This document shows positions 25,244-38,619 of a stretch of 64,000 bases of DNA, one piece after another. The notes below the pieces were generated by a model. That model ran no database searches. It was not told the DNA's origin and worked only from the letters and a program-made list of their open reading frames with translations. Every line of letters begins with the position of its first letter. The first letter of the stretch is position 1. Position numbers and translations under genes: made by a program. The DNA comes from Macrostomum lignano (taxonomy: Eukaryota): positions 124,001 to 188,000 of the forward strand of contig NIVC01000176.1 in NCBI GenBank assembly GCA_002269645.1, given 5' to 3'.

Positions 25244-26487
25244 TTCGACTCCGGTTGGGATGACAGTTTTTTGTGGGGGGGGGGACGCCGCTATATAACC
25301 CGGTCCCGCTAATCCGCCTGGGATTCGGTCTGTCAATTTAGCCTCTCGCCCCCTTAAGCTCTGCGGATCCTTTCTGTGCGTGTTGCGCTTCTCCTGCTTC
25401 TCCTCTAGGGACCGCCGACGTCTGTTAGGCAATAAATTTTTCCTAGTCATTCATTTGACTACATAGGGTGGGAGTTGGGGTGGTGTGTAGCCCCCCCCCG
25501 CTCCCCCTAACCCGCTTGGGTCAAGGAGACTTTGAAACTAAAATCTGGATTATTTGCAGTAGTTAGCCATTTTTTTCTGAGGTTTGCGCAGACTTTCATC
25601 TATTAACATGAGTTATGGAAATCACGCGGACACCACGTGGGCATTCTAGAATTATTTTGCCCCCCCCCCTCTTGTACATATTGCCCCCCCTTTATCCCCT
25701 ATGTACATTTTGAACAGACGCTACATGGCAAACAGCGATACTTATCTAACGATGCTATTGTGGGTCGAAGGTAGGTTGTCGGTCGTGCTGCTCGAACACA
25801 GCACCCAAAAGCTGTCGATTTTGGCCATAGACTAATAGCTCTGTCGATTTTGGCCATAGACTAATAGCTCTGTCGGTTTTGCCCATAGACTAAAAGTTCT
25901 GTCGGCTTTGGCCATAGACAAAATAAAACAAACGGAACCGAGGAAAACCTACTGAAATCTGAAATCCGAGTTCTTCAAAAAGAGGAGTTGCCAATCCAGA
26001 CTCTAGTTAATAGCTCGCCTTGGTCGACAGTGCTCAAATAATTGCATGTTGAAACTTGAGCAGTCCCCTCTGCTAGCCCCTCTGAGTTCACTGTCCACTG
26101 TCGTCTTCCCCTTCATTTTCACTTAAGTCTACTCACTTCACCCTGACCGGCCGCTCCCCGCGGACACGGGAACTGGGGAACAGGAGCAGGGGGAAGAGAA
26201 CTCTACTGGGGATTTGGGGCGGAGTAGGAAAACTTTGCGAACCTACAGTTAATTGATTATTTGCACTGCGCTCCCAAGTTAATGTAAAAATGTTAAACTG
26301 TTTCCCTTGTCTCAGGAGACACATGCAATTACATTCTGTTAGGGTTTCAGGCCGAAATATTTCATTTTCGAATCGGACAGCCCTCCTAATTGCTTGGCAA
26401 CCCAGCCCTGGCAACCTCTGCTTGCAACTGCGACAAAATGTATGAGTTTGGTTGGGGGTTGTACTGTACTTGTGCTGACACTAGCAC

Positions 26488-27180
26488 ACCTGTAGCACAC
26501 CTGTCACCTGGGACTAGATCTACTGTAGCACGCCTGTCACTTGGGACTAGATCTACTGTAGCACACCTGTCACCTGGGACTAGATCTACTGTAGCACACC
26601 TGTCACATGGGACTAGATCTACTGTAGCACACCTGTCACATGGGACTAGATCTACTGTAGCACACCTGTCACCTGGGACTAGATCTACTGTAGCACACCT
26701 GTCACCTGGGACTAGATCTACTGTAGCACACCTGTCACATGGGACTAGATCTACTGTAGCACACCTGTCACTTGGGACTAGATCTACTGTAGCACACCTG
26801 TCACCTGGGACTAGATCTACTGTAGCACATGTGTCACATGGGACTAGATCTACTGTAGAACACCTGTCACTTGGGACTAGATCTACTGTAGCACACCTGT
26901 CACATGGGACTAGATCTACTGTAGCACACCTGTCACATGGGACTAGATCTACTGTAGCACACCTGTCACCTGGGACTAGATCTACTGTAGCACACCTGTC
27001 ACATGGGACTAGATCTACTGTAGCACACCTGTCACCTGGGACTAGATCTACTGTAGCACACGTGTCACCTGGGACTAGATCTACTGTAGCACATGTGTCA
27101 CCTGGGACTAGATCTACTGTCACACACCTGTCACCTGGGACTAGATCTACTTTAGCACACCTTTCACCTGGCACTAGATA
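26488..27180. repeat. 33-bp minisatellite (CTGTAGCACACCTGTCACCTGGGACTAGATCTA)
   Basis: About 21 highly similar units. It generates the spurious repeat ORFs 26386-27174 and 26390-27187. Confidence 0.95.
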
Positions 27181-27444
27181 TCCCTAGATTTGCACCTTTT
27201 TCTTTTTTAAAGTCTCACTGATGCTTGTTCTATTTGGAAATTGCTTCGCTTGAAAAAGAAATACGCATAAAAGAAGCTCAAAGAAGGCGAACTCGCGGTA
27301 TGAGGCTAACAAAGTGCTGCTAGGCGCAGCGGCTAAATAATAATATAAAATAAAATATAATAATATGAATCCTTGTTGTTTAACAAGGGTAATTCAAAGT
27401 GCCTGCGCTATTAATACACTCCGCGCTGCCCCCCTCGCTCCTGC

Positions 27445-28660
27445 CTTCACCCACCCACCTCGCTCCTTCAACACCCTTCTCACTCCTTCAACACCCACCT
27501 CACTCCTTCAACACCCACCTCACTCCTTCAACACCCACCTCACTCCTTCAACACCCACCTCACTCATTCAACACCCACCTCACTCCTTCAACACCCACCT
27601 CACTCATTCAACACCCACCTCACTCATTCAACACCCACCTCACTCCTTCAACACCCACCTCACTCCTTTAACACCCAGCTCCTTCAACACCCACCTCACT
27701 CCTTCAACACCCATCTCACTCCTTCAACACCCACCTCACTCCTTCAACACCCACCTCACTCCTTCAACACCCACCTCACTCCTTTAACACCCACCTCACT
27801 CCTTTAACACCCATCTCACTCCTTCAACACCCATCTCACTCCTTCAACACCCACCTTACTCCTTCAACACCCACCTCACTCCTTCAACACCCACCTCACT
27901 CCTTTAACACCCACCTCACTCCTTCAACACCCACCTCACTCCTTCAACACCCATCTCACTCCTTCAACACCCACCTCACTCCTTCAACACCCACCTCACT
28001 CCTTCAACACCCATCTCACTCCTTCAACACCCACCTCACTCCTTCAACACCCACCTCACTCCTTTAACACCCACCTCACTCCTTTAACACCCATCTCACT
28101 CCTTCAACACCCATCTCACTCCTTCAACACCCACCTTACTCCTTCAACACCCACCTCACTCCTTCAACACCCACCTCACTCCTTTAACACCCACCTCACT
28201 CCTTCAACACCCACCTCACTCCTTCAACACCCATCTCACTCCTTCAACACCCACCTCACTCCTTCAACACCCACCTCACTCCTTTAACACCCACCTCACT
28301 CCTTTAACACCCATCTCACTCCTTCAACACCCATCTCACTCCTTCAACACCCACCTTACTCCTTCAACACCCACCTCACTCCTTCAACACCCACCTCACT
28401 CCTTTAACACCCACCTCACTCCTTCAACACCCACCTCACTCCTTCAACACCCATCTCACTCCTTCAACACCCACCTCACTCCTTCAACACCCATCTCACT
28501 CCTTCAACACCCACCTCACTCCTTTAACACCCACCTCACTCCTTCAACACCCACCTTACTCCTTCAACACCCATCTCACTCCTTCAACACCCACCTCACT
28601 CCTTCAACACCCACCTCACTCCTTTAACATTTACCTCACTCCTTCACCCACCCACTTCTG
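27445..28660. repeat. 20-bp minisatellite (CACTCCTTCAACACCCACCT), about 1.2 kb
   Basis: About 60 units; variant units recur in higher-order blocks. Confidence 0.97.
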
Positions 28661-28830
28661 CCTTCACCCACCCCATCCACTCCTACACCTTCCACCACAC
28701 TCGATCCTACCTACCACCCCTGTATCTGTGAAACTGAGAATGAAGGCTCTGCTAGGCAAATCAAAATAATTATCAGTCATGACTTTTGCGAATAAAATTC
28801 TCGCGCAACAACTTCCTCAAGCATGCATGT

Positions 28831-30660
28831 TTATCTGTCGTTGCAGGAACACTGACAGCGGCATTCTAAAATTTCTGGACCGACGGGTTCGACAACAAGT
28901 TCGAGCTCTTCGACGCCTCCGCCGTTGAGTTCGCTGGGTGCACCCGCAGGCCGCTGCTCGCTCATTACCAGCTTCCTAGCCTCATCCTCATCCTCCTCCA
29001 TCGCCTCCAAGCCTTCCTCCTGTCCCGGAGACGCTCCTCGGCCTCTTGGCGACGAGGTTGACGACGCCTGTCGTTCGGCCGTCGAATCGGCCGGCTTCCC
29101 AGACATCCTGCTGTCGAGTTCGACATCGGTGCCGGCAAATCGACGAAACTCGACGCAGCAGGCGAGAGCGGCGGCAGCGAAGTTGGCGGAGCCGGCGGCG
29201 ATCATCAGGTGCCAGCCGTAGCCGGGGCGGGCCCGCCAGTCCGGGAAGTCGACGAGATGTCGGCCAGTTTTGTCGGCGTTCGCCGCGGCGACGGCAGCTT
29301 CGCGAAGAGACGACGCGGTAGCGTGCGAGATGAAGAAGTAGCGGAACAGGGCGGCCGAGGCCAGCTGGCTGGCGGCTGAGGGTTGGGTGCGGTGGGGAAG
29401 GGGAATCTGGGGAATTTACTGTGAGGAATCTGGGGAATTTACTGTGGGGAATCAGGGAAATTTACTGTGGGGAATCTGGAGAATTTACTGTGGGGAATCT
29501 GGGGAATTACTCGAGTGGGGAATCTGGGGATTTACGGGGGGAATGTGGGAATTTACTGGGGAACATGGGAAATTTACTGGAGGATCAGGGGAATTTGCTC
29601 GAGTGAGGAATCTGGGGAATTTACTGTGGGGAATCTGTAGAATTTACTGTGGGGAATCTGGGGTATTTTCTGTGGGGAATCTGTAGAGTTTACTGTTGGG
29701 AATCTGGGGAATTTACTGTGGGGAATCTGGGAAATTACTCGAGTGGGGGATCTGGGGATTTTACGGGGGCAATTTGGGAATTTACTGGGGGATTTGGGGA
29801 ATTTACTGTGGAGAATCTGGGGAATTTACTCGAGTGAGGGATCTGAGGAATTTGCTGTACAAGCAATCTGGAGAATTTACTGTGAGGAATCTGTGGAATT
29901 TACTTGGGAGAATCTACTTGTAGGAAATCCCTAGAGTGCGAAACCTCAGAATCGACAATTTATTAATTTATTAGCCAGCCAGCAAGCAGGTCATGCTTGG
30001 GTGGTCGGTGCCCCTCTGACTTTCTAATCGTCAGGCATGTGCACTTTCTGAGCCTTGGGGGCTGGTCGTCATGGCTGCGAATTGCATTGCAACCCGCCTA
30101 ACCAAGTCTCGTGCACACTTACTGCACGCTACTAGTTAGTAGTATTTACAAACAAAAATGAAAAAGAAAATCGCATATTATTGCGAAAGATTTTTTTCGG
30201 AGCCTCACCAGCGAGCGAAGCGAAAAGAAACTTTGAAATTGGAAGGCCGCCGCCACCGTTACCGCAGCAGCAGCAGCAGCAGGCGAGCTGTTCGAGTCGG
30301 CTGGAATGCGCAGCCAGTGAGCAGAGCAGGGCAAGACAGCTGAGCACGTTGCCAAGGCCGGCCAAGTGGCGGATTAATCGGATTACTGAAATCGATAGCG
30401 TGTTTTGGGGATTTCTTTCCTGTTTCAATTGTCCCCAATAATTTCCCCTTGGTTTTTACGAGCTAGGATCGATTGAGTAACTCTCTGAAAATTTGCTCAC
30501 CTGCCCAGTAGCCCTCGTAATCCGCCGAGATGCCGAGGCTGACGGAGTGCCCGCTGTTGCCGGCTAGTGCCAGGCGCCAGGCTCCTGAGCACAGGCTGGC
30601 TGTGGCCAGGGACAGGGCCGTGGACAGCAGGGCAGTTGATGCTAGCTTGGTGGCTGCCAT
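28831..30660 (-). CDS. Putative four-TM claudin/PMP22-like membrane protein; exons 30660-30501, 30385-30263 and 29375-28831
   Basis: All junctions are GT-AG and phase 1. The joined protein has four hydrophobic segments (ASTALLSTALSLATASL; LAGLGNVLSCLALLCSLA; LACCCCCCAASQLASAALFRYFFI; GYGWHLMIAAGSANFAAAALACCV) and an acidic cytoplasmic tail. The family call rests on topology only. Confidence 0.55.
29395..29910. repeat. Degenerate repeat of about 23 bp (GGGGAATCTGGGGAATTTACTGT) in an intron
   Basis: GGAATCTG and GAATTTACT motifs repeat over about 500 nt. Confidence 0.85.
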
Positions 30661-30704
30661 GAACTGCCTGCACCGTCTGTGAGATTCAGGGATTCGGGAT
30701 CCAG

Positions 30705-31270
30705 GATTAGAGATTAGGGATTAGATATTAGAGATTAGAGATTAGACATTAGAGATTAGATATCAAAGATTAGATTTTAGATTTTAGATTTTAGATATTA
30801 GATATTACAGATTAGAGATTAGATATTATATATTAGATATTACAGACTAGAGATTAGATATTATATATTATATATTACAGACTAGAGATTAGATATTAGA
30901 TATTAGAGATTAGATATTAGATATTAGAGATTAGGTATCAGAGATTAGAGATTCGATATCAGAGATTAGATATTAGAGACTGATGATTAGTGATTTGGGA
31001 TTAAAGATTAGGGATTACATAATATAGATTAGAGATCAGAGATTAGATATTTGAGATTTGAGATTTGAGATTTGAGACTGGAGAATAGATATTGTAGACT
31101 AGATATTGGAGATTAGATATTAGGGACTGGTTATTTTGGTTTAGAGATTTGAGAATAGGGATTCGAGATGAGATAATAGAGATTAGATGTTAAATGTTAG
31201 AGATTAGATATTAGAGATTAGCTATTAGAGAATAGGGATTAGATATTAGATATTAGAGATTGAAGATTCG
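30705..31270. repeat. Degenerate (ATTAGAG/ATTAGAT)n 7-mer repeat
   Basis: Continuous degenerate heptamer tract. Confidence 0.85.
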
Positions 31271-31924
31271 AGACAAGAGGCTATTATCAATAATTATGTA
31301 TAAGAAATAGCTTGTGATTAGAAAATACAAAAGATACGAAATTATGAATTTGAAATTTGGAATCTACGTTTGGAAGTCAAATTTTAGAGATTGCGGTCTG
31401 AATATTAATTTAATATTAGTCATGCAGATTTTTGGATTAGGATTAAAGTTTGAGATTAAGAAATTGAGTATTAAAGATTTTTTATTAAAGTTTCAAAATA
31501 TTCAAATTAAAATACTTGAAACCTACCTGTTTAGTAAAGCTGATTGTTGGTTATTCTATTCAGTCTAAAATATCTGTGCTATCGGCTCTTTTGAGCAGTG
31601 AATTTCTCTGTACTGTCTCCGCTTCCCTCTCTCTCACTCCTCAAGTTCACCCGGACCTCCAGCAGTCTAACTGGTGGTTCACCCGGCGACCCCATCTCCT
31701 AATCCCTATTTTCCCAGCCCCTTCCAAAAGCCACATCTCAACTTCCACAGGCCTATATAGCTAACTATAAGCTGGAAATTTTTGATTGGCCCACTTGTTG
31801 CCCCCAGCCAGGGAGTTCTGATAGCACAACTTGGAGTTAACATCTCGATTCCTTAGAGCCTCCAAAATTTACAAACTCCTGCATGTCGACTTCTCTAGAC
31901 GCTAACGAACGCTAACTGGGGGTT

Positions 31925-32175
31925 TTGGCCATAGACAACAGATTTGGCCATAGACAAAAGATTTGGTCATAGACATCATATTTGGCCATAGACATCAGAT
32001 TTTGCCATAGACATCAGATTTGGCCATATAAATCAGATTTGGCCATATAAATCAGATTTGGCCATAGACCACGGATTTGGCTATAGACATCAGATTTGGC
32101 CATAGACATCAGATTTGGCCATAGACATCAGATTTGGCCATTTAAATCAGATTTGGCCATAGACATCGGATTTGT
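31925..32175. repeat. 19-20-bp minisatellite (AGATTTGGCCATAGACATC)
   Basis: About 13 units. The TTGGCCATAGAC core is shared with the short array at 25820-25920. Confidence 0.9.
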
Positions 32176-32859
32176 CTAGCAGCTCATGTTTAAGAAACTC
32201 TCCGCTTGAAAAACCTCTTTGCATTTAAAGCAAGCATAGGAGTCAGCGGAATGAGCAGAATCGTGAGGCTGAGCAGCTGCAATCCAGCCTAAATTAAGTT
32301 GTCTGCAAATGCGGGGTTCGGGGGGGGGGAAGACCTGTCGCTCCAAGGCTCTGGTTGTCGACCTCCCTGGCTCAGCCTCTCTCTCTCCACTTGTGTGGAG
32401 TTTCTTCTCTTTCAAATTAGCGCCCTGCCCTTCCCTGCTCCAGGATAATCAATTTGATTGACTTCTTCTAGCATACGAGTATGGAAGGCCAAGTTGGGGG
32501 GGGGGGTGGAATTGAGGAAAGGAGAGATAGGGCTGGCTGAGGCGCTGTCCTGACTTTCGTTTCTGTCCCTATTCATTCGGTCGGTAAACCTATTTTATGT
32601 CGGTCGGCGCTGGTCGCGGTGCTCAAACAGATCTAGACATCTGGATTGGAAGGCGCGACAAAATTTCCTAAATATTCATTTGCTTCAACTCTATTGCGGC
32701 AAGCACAAAAACAGTTTAATCTGCTTTTATGACATTTTTAGAGGTCCCTGAACAATGGCTCCGATGCCAGTCCAAGTTATCCAAAGGTCCTTTACCCTGC
32801 GGGCCTTCTTCCAGTCCAGTTGCATGTATCCAGAGGAAAGTTAAGGGATTAAGACTGAG

Positions 32860-33612
32860 GATTAGTGATTAGAGATTAATCAGTGATTATGAATGAGAAT
32901 CAGGAGATTGGAGATTTTACGAGTAAATTAGGGACTAGAAATTGGAGATTAGAGATTAGAGATAAGGGATTAGAGATTAGAGATTAGAGATTAGGGATTA
33001 GGGATTGGAGATTAGGCTTAGAGATTAGAGATTAGAGATTAGAGATTAGGGATTCGAGATCAGGGATTAGAGATCAGGGATTAGAGATTAGGATTAGAGA
33101 ATAGGGATCAGTTACTTGGGGTTAGAGATTAGGATTAGAGAATAGGGATCAGTTACTTGGGGTTAGAGATTAGGATTAGAGAATAGGGATCAGTTACTTG
33201 GGGTTAGAGATTAGGATTAGAGAATAGGGATCAGATACTTGGGGTTAGAGATTAGGATTAGAGAATAGGGATCAGATACTTGGGGTTAGAGATTAGGATT
33301 AGAGAATAGGGATTAGATACTTGGGGTTAGAGATTAGGATTAGAGAATAGGGATCAGATACTTGGGGTTAGAGATTAGGATTAGAGAATAGGGATCAGAT
33401 ACTTGGGGTTAGAGATTAGGATTAGAGAATAGGGATTAGATACTTGGGGTTAGAGATTAGGATTAGAGAATAGGGATCAGATACTTGGGGTTAGAGATTA
33501 GGATTAGAGAATAGGGATCAGATACTTGGGGTTAGAGATTAGGATTAGAGAATAGGGATTAGATACTTGGGGTTAGAGATTAGGATTAGAGAATAGGGAT
33601 CAGATACTTGGG
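32860..33612. repeat. ATTAGAG tract grading into a 41-bp minisatellite (GATTAGAGAATAGGGATCAGATACTTGGGGTTAGAGATTAG)
   Basis: Heptamer repeats at 32860-33090, then about 13 near-identical 41-mers. Confidence 0.93.
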
Positions 33613-34122
33613 GCATGCAACGAAAGACAGCCAACACTCCTACAAATAATATTGTTGGAAAACGATTTGCTCAATTGCTCAATTTTAGTCCAAGTTAAAC
33701 TAACTATCGTATTTTAAAAAATCGATTCCCAATAAAAAATCTTCCCAACGCGTGTAGCATTCCGCAGTCTTAAAGGCTTTACAAAGTATTCGCATTTTTT
33801 AACGACGAATGCCAGATAAGCCTTTTGGATTTGTATACATAGTCTTTTCGAAAATTTGTAGAAATACACAAAAGCAACAGAGCCAGTCGGATTATTATTG
33901 AACAATATTAAAATACACGGCGCGTGTTCGAACGTAGCGAATTGTAGTTTCTTATCACCGAGTGTACATGTACACCCCGGGGATCCGAGGGCCTGGTGGG
34001 GAGAAGGGGGGCCACAGCCAGTCAGTTTTATACTGAATAATGCAGCAATGCAGAGGGCATTGCCAACAGTTAATTTTGAGTGTTCTCGCTTCGATTCCTA
34101 TCCAATTCCATTTAGAGCAGTC

Positions 34123-36318
34123 ATGACTTTCTTAACGCAGCTTCTACTCCTAGCACTCGGTTGCCTGGCAACTGTTCCCAAGCCGATGCGAGGCTCCACG
34201 ATCGAACTCAAGCCGGATCCGAGGCGCCCGTCAAGTCCGACCGTCTGGCTGCGGACGCGCCGCCCTGAGACCAGCTATGAAGGCCCACTGCATCAATTTG
34301 AGTCGGCTATCAGAATGCACTCGTCAGTGTTCAAACTGAGAATAGGTGAAGGCGCCAAGGAGTGCTTTTACTATGTACTTCTGGCTGGGTATCAGCTGCA
34401 CTTCTACGCCACGGTAAGATTAAAATAAAAGCTGTCCACTGCACCCAATGGGACTCGAACCCGTGCTAGCCAACTCACCTTCTGTAGCATTTGTTCTGGT
34501 GCGCTTAAAAACAATCCCAAGACTTGGCCATAAACCAACCTAAAGACTCGGCCATAGCTCGTAAACCAACCCAAAGACTCGGCCATAGCTCGTAAACCAA
34601 CCCAAAGACTCGGCCATAGCTCGTAAACCAACATAAAGACTCGGCCATAGCTCGTAAACCAACCCAAAGACTCGGCCATAGCTCGTAAACCAACCCAAAG
34701 ACTCGGCCATAAACCAACACCAAGACTCGGCCATAGACCAACACCAAAACTCGGCCATAAACCAACACCAAGACTCGGCCATAAACCAACACCAAGACTC
34801 GGCCATAAACCAACACCAAGACTCGGCCATAAACCAACCCTAAGACTCGGCCATAAACCAACCCTAAGATTCAACCATAAACCAACAGTAAGACTCGGCC
34901 ATAAACCAACCCCAAGACGCGGCCATAAACCAACCCCAAGACGCGGCCATAAACCAACCCTAAGACTCGGCCATAAGCCAACCCCAAAACTCGGCCAAAA
35001 ACTAGCCCATTAAATAATGTTGGCAAGCTTTTATCAGCTTATCAGCTTTTATCAGCTTTAAAAAGCTCCTTCAGTAGTGAAGGATGAAAACTTAGCACGG
35101 AACTCACATGAGCTGGTAATCTTTCACCAAACCATTAATCATTCTCAGACGGTGTCATCAAACCAACCATCTGACGTATTCGACATATTTATCTCCAACG
35201 GTGACGGGGAGCACGTGAAGGACTATGTCTATCAAACTAGCGTGTCGCATCGGTTCAACGTCACGGAAAATGGTGAGTCAGTTTGCAACTGGGTGGTAGT
35301 AGTATATTAAGCGTATTCAGCCTGCTTAAGTTCCTATTCTATTCCGCAGATGCCTACGAAGTGTGCATCTACAACCCGGTCAGAAGTAAGATCATCTCAT
35401 ATTCGTCGTATCACTACTTACCTTCGTCGTTTGAAAAAGCGCTGAAAGAGTTGGCTATTAAGAACAATGTCACTATGGAAGTTGAGGTGAGATCAATTGA
35501 AACTTTTGAGCTCTTTGGTTCTTGCAAAGATTTTTTATTACACCTGCCATAATTGGGCCAGATGTGCAACCGACAGCTCAGCCGCAGCAGCTATTGCGCA
35601 GCGCATCTGAAGGCTGCGTACGGCTGTTCAGTCCAAGGACTGGGGAGGGGGGGTCGCCACACACACCCTCATTTACCCCAGCTAATGCTGATTACCCAGT
35701 TTACAGCTGGGTGAACTGAGACAATGCAGAGTTAAGTGTCTTGCTCAAGGATACAAATTTTTCCATGCAGTGGGATCGGGAATCGAACCCCCGACCTTCA
35801 AGTTGTGAGTCCGACGCTCTAACCACTGGGCTACAACCACGTACAAGTTCTTATACATTTATACATTTATACAGTTACAGTTATACATTTATTTTCTGCA
35901 AAATCATATCCAAACAGCACTTCTTATAATGCACTCGTGTTTCTCATTGACCTGACCAATATATTGATATTAATATGTGATATTTCATCTACCAACCTTC
36001 AGTCTTTGTTTCTCATGCTTTCATGTCACGGTTGCATGATTCCTACAACAGGCATGTAAATCAGGCATGCAAAAATCAATCAATAAATCAATAAATAAAT
36101 TGCAGAACTCAGTCGTGAACCTGGAGCTGAATCTGGGCCAAGCGCTTGCTGAAATGCGAACCAATCCGCTATCGGCCAGAGACTTCTTGCTTATGCAAGC
36201 CACTCATGGCTACGTGATGTGGAAAGCGGTGCTCTACATCTCTCTGATGTCTGTTTCCTTTGGCGGAACCACTCTCTTCATCAGGGGCTTGTTCAGTGGC
36301 CAGAGGTCGTCTGTGTGA
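34123..36318 (+). CDS. Diverged p24/TMED (emp24/gp25L) GOLD-domain membrane protein, paralog 1; exons 34123-34413, 35149-35272, 35350-35486 and 36106-36318
   Basis: Signal peptide MTFLTQLLLLALGCLA; GOLD-like FKLRIGEGAKECFYY...FDIFISNGDG...HRFNVTENDAYEVCIYN; coiled-coil-like segment; C-terminal TM VMWKAVLYISLMSVSFGGTTLFIRGLF. GT-AG phases 0/1/0 are consistent. Confidence 0.75.
34520..34998. repeat. 23/29-bp minisatellite (AAGACTCGGCCATA(GCTCGT)AAACCAACCC) in p24 paralog 1 intron 1
   Basis: About 19 units in two length classes. Confidence 0.92.
35547..35840 (-). mobile_element. tRNA-derived SINE (about 290 bp) in p24 paralog 1 intron 3
   Basis: The minus strand begins GTGGTTGTAGCCCAGTGGTTAGAGCG (A box)...GGTTCGATTCC (B box), then CCTTGAGCAAGACACTTAAC. 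Homologous along its length to 49311-49611. Confidence 0.85.
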
Positions 36319-36436
36319 GATGCTGGTAGCACATGAGCTGCTTGGATTCGATGTACCGGTATTGTGTCATATATTTGCTATGTGAGTTATTGTCATGTGT
36401 GACAAGGCTGTCTTTAACTTGATACTATTTTAATGT

Positions 36437-36745
36437 GTCTCTATGATGTGATGTGTCTCTATGGTGTGATGTGTCTCTATGATGTGATGTGTCTCTATGA
36501 TGTGATGTGTCTCTATATGGTGTGATGTGTCTCTATGATGTGATGTGTCTCTATGGTGTGACGTGTCTCTATGGTGTGATGTCTCTCTATGATGTGATGT
36601 GTCTCTATGATGTGATGTGTCTCTATGATGTGATGTGTCTCTATGGTGTGATGTGTCTCTATGGTGCGATGTGTCTCTATGATGTGATGTGTCTCTATGG
36701 TGCGATGTGTCTCTATGGTGCGATGTGTCTCTATGGTGCGATGTG
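36437..36745. repeat. 18-bp minisatellite (ATGATGTGATGTGTCTCT) downstream of p24 paralog 1
   Basis: About 17 units. Confidence 0.92.
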
Positions 36746-37134
36746 GCTAAAAACTCAATGCATCATCAATGAGTCTGCAATACTGACCGCGCGCACTTAT
36801 TCAAGCTGGACAGCTAGCATGAGAGTCTTAGTGTGTCTTTGCATTCTGCTTAACAAATGTCTGTTCTCTATCTGGGCTTCTAACTTTGATGCTTTTTCAG
36901 TCCTCAAGTGGAGCTGGCTTTCTCTAATTAAACTGTAGCTTTACAACGGAAAGATAAAATAATAAATATTGTGCTGAAACAGTCTAACAATTCAAAATAT
37001 CAACTGAAAGATTGTTAGAAAATTTGCATTGTTTTACTCGTTAGCGTTTTTCTTTTTTATATCATTGTACTGAAGTTTTAAACCACTGAACCTCAAAGTA
37101 AAGCAGGTCAGTGACTGAAGTTTAACCTTTGCAA

Positions 37135-37865
37135 AATTTAGGGTGTGTGAAGTTTAGGGTCTGTGAAGTTTAGGGTCTGTGAAGTTTAGGGTCTGTGAAG
37201 TTTAGGGTCTGTGAAGTTTAGGGTCTGTGTAGTTTAGGGTCTGTGAAGTTTAGGGTCTGTGAAGTTTAGGGTCTGTGAAGTTTAGGGTCTGTGAAGTTTA
37301 GGGTCTGTGAAGTTTAGGGTCTGTGAAGTTTAGGGTCTGTGATGTTTAGGGTCTGTGTAGTTTAGGGTCTGTGTAGTTTAGGGTCTGTGAAGTTTAGGGT
37401 CTGTGAAGTTTAGGGTTTGTGAAGTTTAGGGTCTGTGAAGTTTAGGGTTTGTGAAGTTTAGGGTCTGTGAAGTTTTTTGGTCTGTGAAGTTTAGGGTCTG
37501 TGAAGTTTAGGGTTTGTGAAGTTTAGGGTCTGTGAAGTTTTTTGGTCTGTGAAGTTTAGGGTCTGTGAAGTTTAGGGTTTGTGAATTTTAGGGTGTGTGA
37601 AGTTTAGGATCTGTGAAGTTTAGGGTTTGTGAAGTTTAGGATCTGTGAAGTTTAGGGTCTGTGAAGTTTAGGGTTTGTGAAGTTTAGGGTCTGTGAAGTT
37701 TTTTGGTCTGTGAAGTTTAGGGTCTGTGAAGTTTAGGGTCTGTGAAGTTTAGTGTCTGTGAAGTTTAGGGTCTGTGAAATTTAGGGTCTGTGAAGTTTAG
37801 GGTCTGTGAAACGGTGAAACGGAAAGTTTAGGGTCTGTGAAGTTTAGCGTGTGTGAAGTTTAGGA
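37135..37865. repeat. 16-bp minisatellite (GAAGTTTAGGGTCTGT) containing TTAGGG
   Basis: About 44 units between the two p24 genes. Confidence 0.95.
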
Positions 37866-38619
37866 TCTGTAAATGCATATTTTTTCTCCTGTTGACCAGA
37901 AGGTCCGGAGCTCGATCCCGGACGCTGCACTGCAGATAAACAAGCTTGACAAAACGAAGTTCATTGAGAAACTTACGCGTTGCATTGCATTGCAAAGCAA
38001 AGTAATTTACAGATAATTAAATAAAAAATTCATAGAGAATCTAATCAAAGCACCTGGACAAACTCAAGCACATATTGGAGAAATTCCCCAACTCAATGAA
38101 CGGCTGTGCAAATACCGGGAACCGGATGCCCCTTCCTTCCTTCCTCAGTGGAAAAATTCTGAAAAACTTTGACCAATCCAAACCTAACCCTCCCCCCCGC
38201 CATTGTCATTTCCATTTCAATTCTACACCGGCTCGCCAAGGCTGAGTAAATGCTAAGTGCATTCTATGAAAACGAAGTTTTATTAAATACGATCCGGGAA
38301 TGACTTTGAGCAGTTCAGAGCGAGCGAGCGCACGATCTCTCTGTCTCACTGGGACCAAGAGCTGCACTGCTCTGCCATTCAACAGGAAATTACACACACC
38401 CATGCACGCAACACACATGCATATACAATTTCTTTTAAGTTTGAGCAGGGCATTATAGAGAGCTTCAAGATATTGACCTGCTGTCACGAGCTAGCAAATT
38501 AATTAATTTCGTCTGTCATTGTTCTGGCATGAGCGGGATAGTTTACCAGACTTACAAGGAATCAGCATCTTCATCATAGGCTACTATAATTTACAATTGC
38601 GATTCGGCCCAGGAACACA

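Noticed and set aside
26386-27187. Long repetitive ORFs on both strands (DRCATVDLVPG and STVAHLSPGTR repeats)
   Set aside because: By-product of a 33-bp stop-free minisatellite; no splice or domain context.
37135-37865. True telomere or chromosome-fusion site
   Set aside because: TTAGGG is embedded in a 16-bp unit, not in (TTAGGG)n, and there is no head-to-head junction.
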